Assembly (NCBI GenBank): GCA_951406725.2
Contig: OX597814.1
Coordinates: forward strand, 135,160,001 to 135,224,000
Length of the DNA: 64,000 bases
Direction: 5' to 3'
From: Octopus vulgaris
Lineage: Eukaryota
The translations under genes and the position numbers were made by a program. Positions 53,770-64,000 of this stretch are shown one piece after another. A model generated the notes under the pieces. It had not been told where the DNA came from and ran no database searches. It was given only the letters and a program-made list of their open reading frames with translations. How positions within the stretch are numbered: position 1 is the stretch's first letter; each line of letters starts with the position of its first letter.

Positions 53770-54090
53770 AATACGCTGTGGAACCATTCTGTAGCAGCAG
53801 AATTATCTCATAAGCTGCTTGATTTCTCATTTGTTGATTGCAGTTTAGATGGTTGACTAATCCAGCTTTCAAGAGAAGACATTGTCCACACACATTGCAC
53901 TTCAGTTCTAGATGAATTTCTTCAGGAACTGCACTTGAGTCTTGCTTACAGAGTGATTGCTTCAAAGCAGCATGCCCAACTCATTTTCGCTTATAGACAC
54001 CTCATCTATTCTTGACAGTTTTTCCCATAATGCACAATTTCCTGCCAATCTTTTCAGTTATCCACATCTATCCTCAAGAATGAAATTACA
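53770..54090 (-). pseudogene. LINE (RTE-like) ORF C-terminus with a C2H2-like finger
   Basis: LKCNVCGQCLLLKAGLVNHL preceded by a decayed W..L..R segment; resembles 63331-63770. Confidence 0.55.
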
Positions 54091-54145
54091 GATTGTATCC
54101 CGAAATTAATGATCATACTTTACAATTTCTGTAAACATGAAATTC

Positions 54146-54183
<38 letters not shown>

Positions 54184-54380
54184 GGAAAAGGATAATAAAA
54201 ACCAAGCCAGGATGAGTATCTCAAGCCATTTAAAATATCTAATTAAAGTAAGGTGAATTTGAAATAATTAATTAATGAATTAGTCAATTCATTAATTAAT
54301 GGATGTCTTACAGCTGTTTCTGGAATATCCCAAATGATAGGTTAGCATCTCCATACACTGGGTATTCTATATATATATAT

Positions 54381-54565
54381 ATCATCATCATCATCATCGT
54401 TTAACGTCCGTTTTCCGTGTTAGCATAGGTTTGACAGTTCGACTGGGGTTTGGGATGCCAGAAGGCTGCACCAGGCTCCAGTCTGATCTGGCACTGTTTC
54501 TACAGCTGGATGCCCTTCCTAATGCCAACCACTCCGTGAGTATAGTGGGTGCTTTTTATGTGCCA
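54381..54565 (-). mobile_element. RTE 3'UTR terminal fragment
   Basis: (CAT)n-CGTTTAACGTCCG..GGATGCCCTTCC. Confidence 0.85.
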
Positions 54566-54685
54566 GGGGAAGCAGTGTGTGTGTGTATGCTTGTGTGTGC
54601 ATGTTTGTGTGTATGTGTGTGTGTGTGTGTGTATACATATATATACACATGTATGTATGTATGTTTGTATGTATGTATGTATGTG

Positions 54686-54727
<42 letters not shown>

Positions 54728-54730
<3 letters not shown>

Positions 54731-55540
54731 TCCCCAAAAAATGGAGAAAAAAGACAAGGAAAAAACAATGCGAGTACGTGGTACATGCAAAGTATTAATA
54801 AGATGCTCAGAGAAGTAAAGAAAGAGTGGTTGTCTTATGTTTCGAGCAAATCTCTTCTTTGGAAACAGGAGGCATAGGAAAGTCCAAAAGAAAAGGAAGA
54901 AGGAGGAAAAATTGCCAACTGTCCATGTGTAGTTATATTTTGGAATGACTGGGAGTAGATGGACAAAGAGAAAGTGCTTTCTGGGACAGGAGAGTGAAGA
55001 ATGGTTGGTAACTGTGTATGTGTAGGTGTGTGCACGTGTGTGTCTGTGTGTGTGCGTGATAGCATATATGTGTGTGATATTTTGTGTGTCTATGGTAGCG
55101 TGTGTGTGTGGTGGTGGTAACTGTGTGTATGTGTGTATGTAGTGTGTGGTATTAACTGTTTACATGTGTTTATGTGAGTGATCTGTGCCTGTTTCTTAAT
55201 GTGGTAGTGAGAGGTCAGTAGCTATAGTGACAAGTGTATGTATGGGTGGTTGTGTGTTTTTGCACAGGTGTAGATGGGATGGTCAGTAGTAGCTGGGGCA
55301 GTAGAAGGGTATTTGAGAGGCATTCTGAAGAGTGTGTGAATGAATGGGTGTGTATGTGTGTATGTGTTGGCATGTGTATGTAGAGTGGAAATGTATGTAT
55401 GTATGTGTGTGTGGACATGTGTGTGGGGTTGTGTGTGGAGGTATATGTGCGTTCGTATGTGTGTGTGTATGTGTGTATATGTATGTGTGAGCATGTGTGT
55501 CTTGTGTGTATGGAGGTATATGTGTGTTCATATATATATA
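54728..55540 (-). mobile_element. PLE 3' end (CA-rich tract, HHR remnant at 54832-54866, tail)
   Basis: Same layout as 45700-46270; GTTT-CCAAAGA-aGAG atttg CTC-GAAAC ATA-AGAC. Confidence 0.55.
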
Positions 55541-55588
55541 TTACTCAAATGAATTCCAACTCTGTTTTTCATGTTTTATTTATAATCT

Positions 55589-56125
55589 TCATCATCATCA
55601 TCATCATCATCGTTTAACGTCCGTTTTCCGCGCTAGCACGGGTTGGACGGTTCGACCGGGGTCTGGGAAGCCAGGGGCTGCTCCAGGCTCCAGTCTGATC
55701 TGGCAGAGTATCTACGGCTGGATGCCCTTCCTAACGCCAACCACTCCGCGAGTGTAGTGGGTGCTTTTTACGTGCCACCTGCATAGGTGCCAGGGGGGGT
55801 CCGGCATCGGTCACGATCGGTTGGAGCTTTTAACGTGCCAGCGGCACGGAAGCCAGCCAAGGTGGCGCTGGCAACGTTCGGATGGTGCTTTTTTATGTGC
55901 CACCGGCACAGAAGCCAGTCGGAGCGGTGCTGGCATCGGCCACATTCGGATGGTGCTTTTTATGTGTCACCGGCACAGAAGCCAGTTGGGGCGGCGCTGG
56001 CATCGGCCACATTCGGATAGTGCTTTTTATGTGCCACCGGCACAGGCATCACAACTACTATTTCCATTGATATTTATTTCGACGTTCATGTTCATGTACT
56101 TGACTCAACAGGTCTCCTCAAGCAC
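55589..56125 (-). mobile_element. RTE 3'UTR with about 4.5 divergent array units (62-67 bp)
   Basis: GTGCCACC-like unit starts at about 55772/55835/55897/55964/56031. Confidence 0.85.
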
Positions 56126-56439
56126 AGTGGGACGTTCTGGGATCCAGGATAATATTAATATAAGATATAAAATAATATAGTAAAAAGAAATGAAATGAAG
56201 TATTAATTGTCTATTCTTATTGAACAAATGAAATATTAAATGTCCATTCTTATTGAACTAGTATACTTTCTTGCACTTATGCAATCTTGGTTCATATGGT
56301 CGTGGTGACAGTTGTGTTCATTGGTTTCAACAGTGGCTCACTCATTAAATTTTGTCCTTTATATACATTCCTGTGGATAGCAGTAGTAGTTGCTTGGCTA
56401 TTTTTAGAAATGATGACAGCAGTACTTTTTAGAGACTTT

Positions 56440-56790
56440 TATTTTTTAGATCTTAAATAAGGTTATTTTTATCATTGTTTATTAAGCTTGGGTTTGAATT
56501 TATTAATAAAGTCCTTTTCTCTCAGTTTTCTCTTGATTTCATTCGGATTGTATAGTTCATGAAATGGAAATATTATATTTTGTGGCCACATGTTGCTAGG
56601 TGGTTACTCAGTGGTATTTGACAGACATCTGGATTTTTAATTTGTTGTCAGTGCACATGTGAGCGTTCTGATAGTGCATTGCCTGTCTGGCCAACATACA
56701 GTTCTTCACAATTCAGGCATTTAATGCAGTAGATTAAATTTCTGCTTTTGTAACAAATCTTTTTTTAACAAATCTTAACACAATATATAT
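56440..56790 (-). mobile_element. Penelope-like element GIY-YIG fragment
   Basis: KSRNLIYCIKCLNCEELYVGQTGNALSERSHVH*QQI..NHLATCGH. Confidence 0.85.
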
Positions 56791-57806
56791 ACAACTTCAA
56801 GTGGAATTGGATATGATAAAAGAGACAGAGAGAGGAAAGAAGAGGACAGTTTTGGCTGACTGTCATCCTGTATTCCCACTGTTGCTATCGAAAGGAAAGG
56901 GCGTGTGCCTGCTGTCTGAGCAACTGGTTGCTTTTAATGGTAGAACAAACAGGACAAAAAGATTACAAAAATAACGATTCTCACTTTGAAACTAACAATT
57001 TTGAAAATCTTTTTAAATTACGGAATGCCCCAATCTCTCATGTATCCATGTTTAAAATTTCAGCACGATTGGATGAACAATACTTGAGTTATAAGTGCAC
57101 AAACAGACAAACAAAACAGAATTTATATATTAAGATTATATTTGTATACATATTTATTAATTAACACATCCAACCTACCTGGATGTGTTGTTTACCCTAC
57201 AGCGAATGTCTCAAAAAGTCATATCATGTAGTTGAAGATGCTAAAAAGCATTGAATTCACTATCTAAATTGACTAAATCAAGTCATCCCAGTGGATTGCT
57301 CTATTGTATCATTTAATTTCATGGTACTGCAGATCATCATCAGCAGGAAGCACTGAGTACTAGACAGAAAATCAGTCAACCCTGTATAGAAGAATACTGG
57401 CCAAACAGCCAGTGATGTTATGAAATGCTGGTGGGCTGTGTATAAATTAGCTGTTGTAAAAGACAATAAATTAGCCTAAGGTTCCATGCAGTGGGACTGA
57501 ATCTGAAACTATGTGGTTACAAGGTGAATGTTTTACCTCACAACCATGCATGTGCATATCCACCAGCCATGCCTGAACTTCTCTGTATACTGCCTCTGTT
57601 GCTAATATATTATTTTTAACAAGCTCTGCTAATTGTAATACCAGCACATATTTTGGCACTGTTATTTTATTTATTGCTGGTGTGTATATGAGTTGCTGCT
57701 ACCTCTAGTGGTTGAGCGTCCATCATTGATGAGACCAACCATGTTTAAGTGGGAATAAATATCACTTCTCTCTCTCTCTCTCCTTATATATATATATATA
57801 TATATA

Positions 57807-58598
57807 CATCATCATCATCATCGTTTAACGTCCGCTTTCCATGCTAGCATGGGTTGGACGGTTCAACTGGGGTCTGGGAAGCCCGAAGGCTGCACCAGGC
57901 CAGTCAGATGTGGCAGTGTTTCTACAGCTGGATGCCCTTCCTAACGCCAACCACTCCGAGAGTGTAGTGGGTGATTTTATGTGCCACCGACACAGGTGCC
58001 AGACGAGGCTGGCAGACGGCCACGCTCGGATGGTGTTTTTTATGTGCCACCGACACAGGTGCCAGACGAGGCTGGCAGACGGCCACGCTCGGATGGTGTT
58101 TTTTATGTGCCACCGACACAGGTGCCAGACGAGGCTGGCAGACGGCCACGCTCGGATGGTGTTTTTATGTGCCACCGACACAGGTGCCAGACAAGGCTGG
58201 CAGACGGCCACGCTCGGATGGTGTTTTTTATGTGCCACCGACACAGGTGCCAGACGAGGCTGGCAGACAGCCACGCTCGGATGGTGTTTTCTTATGTGTC
58301 ACCGACACGGGTGCTAGACGAGGCAGGCGGACGGCCACGCTCGGATGGTGTTTGTTACGTGCCCTCAGCACGGAGGCCAGTCATTGCGGTACTGGCTACG
58401 GTCACGTTCGGATGGTTTTCTTATGTGCCACCGGCACTGGTACCACAAGGATACAAATTCCATTGATGTTCATCTATTTTGATTTGGTTCGATTTGATTT
58501 GATACGATTCGATTCTCACTTGCCTCAACAGGTCTTCACAAGTGTCACAAGAAGGAAGGTATGCACAGGTGGACTGACTACGTCCCAGGTAGGGGCCA

Positions 58599-58600
<2 letters not shown>
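57807..58600 (-). mobile_element. RTE 3'UTR with about 7.5 tandem 63-bp units
   Basis: Unit starts at 57981, 58044, 58107, 58169, 58232, 58296, 58359, 58425. Confidence 0.9.
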
Positions 58601-58667
<67 letters not shown>

Positions 58668-58931
58668 GTTCAGCAGCTTTCCTTTTATGCATATTTTATT
58701 AAATACATGATTATATTGTTTAATTTATATTTTTCATATGTTTTATTAGCTTTTTACTGTTGGTTTGGAACAGTAGAGTTCTTAAATCCACATCTGATGT
58801 TTCTTGCTCTTCACCACTGTCTCCTTATTAAGAACTGAACTGAATATTGGTGTTTGTGTTGTTTCTGATTGAATATACTGATTGAATTTGTGAACACTTT
58901 CTTGCCAATGATTTTTTTTGACTAGTTATGT

Positions 58932-59323
58932 TATCGTCTCTGTGAGTCTCAACATCTGAAGTTCATATTTCACTACCTCGTCTCATGTCTTCCTGGGTCT
59001 ACCTCTTTCACAAGTTCCCTCCACAGTTAGAGATCAGCATTTTTTAATCCAGCTGTTGAGGCGATGACAAGTGACCAAGACTTTTGGTGATTTGCTGTGC
59101 TTGAGAAAACATGTCAAGCTAAGTGAAATCATAGTCATGGCCAGTGCTGGTGACACATAAAAAACACTCAGTACACTCTGTGGCGTGGTTGGCATTTAGG
59201 AAGGACATCCAGCCATAGAGACCAAGCTAAAACAGACTGGAACTTGGTGCAGCTCTCCAGCTTGCCAGTTCCAGTCAAATACCTGTATGGAAAATGGACA
59301 CTAAATGATAATGATGATGATGA
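58932..59323 (+). mobile_element. RTE 3' end with a 5' inversion
   Basis: Minus segment 58932-59057 encodes ..GRPRKT*DEVVKYELQMLRLTE; plus segment from 59058 continues EAMTSDQDFW..; (GAT)n tail. Confidence 0.8.
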
Positions 59324-59386
59324 GTTACGTATCAATTTCTCATGGTGAAAATTTTGGCCTCTAGGTTTTTGTTTTAATTATTTAAG

Positions 59387-59790
59387 TCAGTAGCTATATG
59401 TTAAATTTTTGGCGTGTGTATGTTTGTGTGCTGATTTTGGCATTGTATTGCCATGTGAGTATGATTTCCATAAGTAATCTTCTATTTTTGTATGGGATTT
59501 TATAAAGTACACGTTTCCCTTCAGTATTTTCCTATCTAATTTCATTTTGTAGTGTGTGATATAATGTGCAATAGCTCCATGTTGCAAATGCATAGTCTGC
59601 CTACGTGAAAGAGTTGTACTGGTCTGTCCAGTATAACAGCTGGTGTCCTGAAGTTTACAACATTCACTTTTATAGTCAAATTTATAGACTACATTAGTCA
59701 TCTGCAGTTTGTTCTTTGGCTCACATGTTTCTGGTGGGTTGTTTATAAAAATGTTTTTGGTTTTTGTAGTATATTATTAGTTTAAGTTTA
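59387..59790 (-). mobile_element. Penelope-like element GIY-YIG fragment
   Basis: TNVVYKF..CYTGQTSTTLSRRQTMHLQHGAI. Confidence 0.8.
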
Positions 59791-60099
59791 TGTTTGGATG
59801 TGATGCAAGTTGTTTGTAATGTAGGCTTTATGTATTTTTTCCCAGTGTGACTTGGTTTTAGAGATTTGCTTATTTGGTAAATGATGAACTACGTCAGTGA
59901 CCAGATTGCAGTTGGTGCAATGAAAATTTTGGCACTAAATAAATGTTTGAGTGAAGTTTTTGTGCGTTTTTGAATGGTTTTATTTGCCTTCTGTGTTTTA
60001 ATGATCAGGTTTAGTCAATAATTTTGCCATCTTTGTTAAGCCTTGAAGTGAGAGCTGCATATGTTTTTGTTAAGTATTCATCAGCTGCACCCATCTGGT

Positions 60100-60600
60100 T
60101 TAAGTACTCATATAATCCCTCATAACATTTTCTGAATTTTCAGAAAATGCTTGCAAATTTGTGTTTTACACATGGAAATTCATATGATTATGAAAAAAAT
60201 TTGTTCTACTAATTTGTTAATCCCCATCCCCACCCCCGAAATCCTAAAATTTCCATTCGGATTTAAAAAAAAAAAATCAGTGTTTAAAATACAAACTGTT
60301 TGAATCTCTTGCTTAATCCAGGTAGTCATCTACCCTTGGGAGCATCATCATTTCATTAAATGTGTTTATGAGGAAGAAGATATTGAAAAATATCAATATA
60401 TGTCAGAGTGGCAAAGAAATCAGGCAGTCATGGGATGTGCTAAAAACGATAGCTAAATGGCCCTTAAACCACACACACACATGCAAAAGAGTTATTTTTG
60501 CATAATCATATGAATTCCTGTGTATAGAACACAAATTTGCAAAAAATTTCTGAAAATTCTCCAGAATACAAAGGTTATGGCAGTTATAGTGGGTGTTTAA
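60100..60600. mobile_element. MITE-like element with degenerate TIRs of about 100 bp and TTAA flanks
   Basis: TTGCAAATTTGTGTT..ATTCATATGATTATG at about 60150-60192, inverted at 60500-60543. Confidence 0.6.
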
Positions 60601-61385
60601 GCTAGAATTCCATTCAACAATGTAGGGCTGCAAATATCTAGCTATTCTTAGGAAGAGTGTCAAACCGAAGAGTAAATCCATCTTTGAAAAAAACATTTGC
60701 TTTAATATGTGCTAATATCAGGATTTGCATAATCATGTAACTTATACAAGCAGAATACAAATGTTAAAATCATTGATAATCATTAATTCTATAAGATACA
60801 TAGTTTTGTTGTTTGTGCTTGTCTGTCTATGGGCTTGTTTTTTTTTGTAAGAAATGTTTATAAAGGCATCTGTACATATGTATATGTGTGAAAGTTATGT
60901 GTTACTGTAAAGGATTTATTCTTATTAGTTATTTTCTCTTCAATATAAAATTAACAGCCAGTAAAAAACAAACAAATAAATTAAAATATAATAAAATAAA
61001 AATATAAAACGCGTCTTAGTCAAAAAAAATCTTTTGTATATGTTGTTAGTTAATAGCTAAGCAGCTCAGAACTGGAACTATTTTCATGCAGATGCTTAAA
61101 TGTCCATTAAGATACAATGTATTGGTAATTAAATGACCACAAAGCAAGTTATATTTAATATATTCTCCAGTTCCATTATTAGTTCAAACCGAATGAAGTG
61201 AAATGTAAAGGAACCATGCTTGAGTGATAGTACAATGTTAGAGTAATATGAATAGATCTGGTCAGGATAATTGATCAGTTGGTTAGTTACTTATGTTCTG
61301 GCTCAAGTTGTCATATATACATATACATATGTGTGTATGTATCTACACACACACACACATGTATGTATGTATAACTGTATATGTA

Positions 61386-61421
<36 letters not shown>

Positions 61422-62057
61422 TATATATGTTTATGTTTGTATATATGTGTGTGTGTGTGTGTATATACACACACATATAATTAAATATCCTTACTTAAAA
61501 AAAATTCAACCTTCGTTCTGCTAGGATATTATAATAACTGTGACCAGTATGATACTGTAGTAAATGTTAACAGTTTCTTGTGTTAAATAATTGTTGACAC
61601 TATATTTTAGGTGGTGTCAACAATTATTTTTGCTAAACTATTTTTTTCATAGTTTAGCAAAAGGGATTCTCTTCTTTTTTCATTGACTTGGGTTTAGGGA
61701 AAGCATTGTAGCCTTCATGAGTCCTCTGAGATGAGTAAGATTGATGCAATTAGTGTTCCTCTTGAACAGTTGCAAATCACTTGCTGTGGTTTGGCAAGGT
61801 AAGCAAGGAAATAATAAAAGTAGAGGAGAAAGCCGGTGTGGGTATTTGTAAAGATAGTGGGAGTAGTTAGGTTGAGGGCTTGGGTGGGTGGTACATTAGC
61901 AAGGCTGAAAGGAGGAGAGCTGGCTGAGTTGTGAGTGCCTGAGTGGAAGTAGCACATGACCAGCTAACTCAGAAGAATAGAGGCTCTTGTAGCAGTGATA
62001 AAAAAAAAAAGAAAGAGAAGTATAGAGAGAAAGTGAGATAGATAGATAGATAGACAG

Positions 62058-62093
<36 letters not shown>

Positions 62094-62568
62094 TGAGTAG
62101 TACAGAAAGAGAATATCTGTGGGCTGGAGTCTATTGGTGTGTAACTTCATCTTAATCAGTAGGGTGGCTTTTTCTTCAATGCAGTCTTAGATGTCCATAT
62201 TCACTACAGTATTATTTGGTGCATAGCATAATTGTGTACTCCATTGTAATGAATTCATGTTCTGTATCTGGTATATTATAAGCATGGCCTTTTGGGCATT
62301 GCTAATTCATTTCAAACATAAGAAATGTTATTGAGATGCCTTGTTTTAAAAATTAATACTATAGAAAAGGAGGGAAAACACCTGTAATTTTTGCAAGCTC
62401 TCCCAGGTTGGTTAGATTGTGGTTTAATGTACAGTGTGAACCTGTAGGTCAAATCCTAGATGGCAAAATTATAGGCATAGCAAGAGATTCAGAAGATAGT
62501 AGTTCTGAGGGAAAATTAATTGAGTAAGTAATAATTGAAAAGTAGAGAGACAGACAGTTATAGCACGT

Positions 62569-62617
<49 letters not shown>

Positions 62618-62710
62618 TGAAACATACACACACACATACACTGGGACACGCACATACATTTACAAAGGTACACATAGGTAATTACAAGTTTAAAATGGTG
62701 TATAGTAGAC

Positions 62711-62745
<35 letters not shown>

Positions 62746-63330
62746 TGTATGTATGTATGTGTGTATCTGTGTGAGTTTCTTTGCGATGGACAGGTCACCT
62801 GTGAACAATTGTCATCAACTTAACCCCTCTCTCCTTAAAGTTATGTATTCCTCACACCCACCTTTCTTCCCCTTCCTCAGAGTTTTAAAAGTTACTTATG
62901 TGCATGTGTGTGTGTGCATTGTGTGTGTGTATGTGTATGCATGTATCTATGTATTCATGAAAGTATGTATGCAATGTTGCGTGTATATCCCTAAATGACA
63001 GCTGTATTAACGTTATCAACCCACTGCCACTCCATATTCGTCACTTACACAACTTTGTTCTCCCCTTCCCTGATATCAGCCACACTCACAATGCCACTAC
63101 ATTTCATCTCACACAAACACTTTTGCACCCTTTTCATTTCATCAAATAATAGCCCAACTGAATAAAATAAATGAATTGACTGGTAACACTGGGAAAGCAC
63201 TCCCCCACTAGGAGCCCATTATAAATTTCTATGTCAAGATTGGTTCACTGGTGTAGGCATCAATATGGTAACATACAGATAGACAGACAGAAATTGCCAT
63301 TTATGTATAAGATATATATATATATATATA

Positions 63331-63770
63331 TGGAGAAGTGCTGTTAGGACTGGTTGCAATACCTGGAAGGAAAAGATGATTAAGCACTCTGAGCTTAAAA
63401 GGGCCTGTCGCTAAGGAACAATTGGGACTGTAATCAACAGTGAACATTGGATATGTATTATATGCGATCATGTTCTGTTGTCAAAAGCAGAATACCTGAA
63501 TCATATGAAGTTACATCAAAATTGGAATGCCTAGATAATCTTGGACACCAGCCGCCTCTTATGACTTGTGCCATATGTCACAAAACTTGTAAGACAATAT
63601 CAGGACTTAAAAGACATATCAGTTCACAAAAACATTCCTTCAGAATTAGATTCCAAAGAGCAATGATATAGAAGAAACTTGAATAATATCTGTCACTTGT
63701 GTTTTAAACCCTGTCAATCAGCAGCTGGTCTTAAAAGTCATCTGAGGACTCATCAGTGGAGTGATTGTGC
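63331..63770 (+). pseudogene. RTE-like LINE ORF C-terminus with three C2H2 fingers
   Basis: [75 protein letters not shown]; flanked by (TA)n. Confidence 0.65.
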
Positions 63771-63825
63771 TATGTATATATATATATGTATATATATCTA
63801 AATGTATATATACATTTTTATATAT

Positions 63826-63882
<57 letters not shown>

Positions 63883-63901
63883 ATATATATATATATATAT
63901 G

Positions 63902-64000
63902 TGGAGGTGCAATGGCCCAGTGGTTAGGGCAGCAGACTCTCGGTCGTAGGATCACAGTTTCGATTCCCAGACCGGGCGTTGTGAGTGTTTATTGAGCAAA
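63902..64000 (+). mobile_element. tRNA-derived SINE head (runs off the window)
   Basis: A box TGGCCCAGTGG, B box GTTTCGATTCC, then body sequence rather than an acceptor stem. Confidence 0.75.

Noticed and set aside
57975-58440. CRISPR-like repeat array (also at 7074 and 55772)
   Set aside because: Whole units repeat with no unique spacers, there are no cas genes, and the array is embedded in an RTE 3'UTR in eukaryotic DNA
63902-63975. tRNA gene (likewise the heads at 545, 28966 and 51088)
   Set aside because: A/B boxes are present but there is no cloverleaf closure; each continues into a SINE body

Overview
AT-rich eukaryotic DNA dense in microsatellites and made almost entirely of transposable elements. 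The SINE/RTE/CR1/Penelope/Helitron repertoire points to a coleoid cephalopod, most likely Octopus (inference). No intact host protein-coding gene is supported, and most ORFs in the track are microsatellite artefacts. Recognisable elements: a decayed Tc1 transposon, an L1/Tx1 endonuclease fragment, a decayed Gypsy pol, a young 5'-truncated CR1 LINE whose ORF2 has a single stop, many RTE 3' ends, at least six Penelope-like (PLE) GIY-YIG fragments, one large and four small Helitrons, MITEs and several tRNA-derived SINE families. The most interesting signal is RNA-level. There is a set of hammerhead-ribozyme (HHR) motifs, including two with the U3:A8 core variant, in PLE ends, in foldback palindromes and in a non-coding 490-bp retrozyme-like unit, most of them next to (TA)n tracts. 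The RTE 3'UTR carries a copy-number-variable array of about 63-nt pseudoknot-like units, and one RTE copy shows a twin-priming-type inversion. All folds and alignments were done by eye, so coordinates of decayed elements are approximate.
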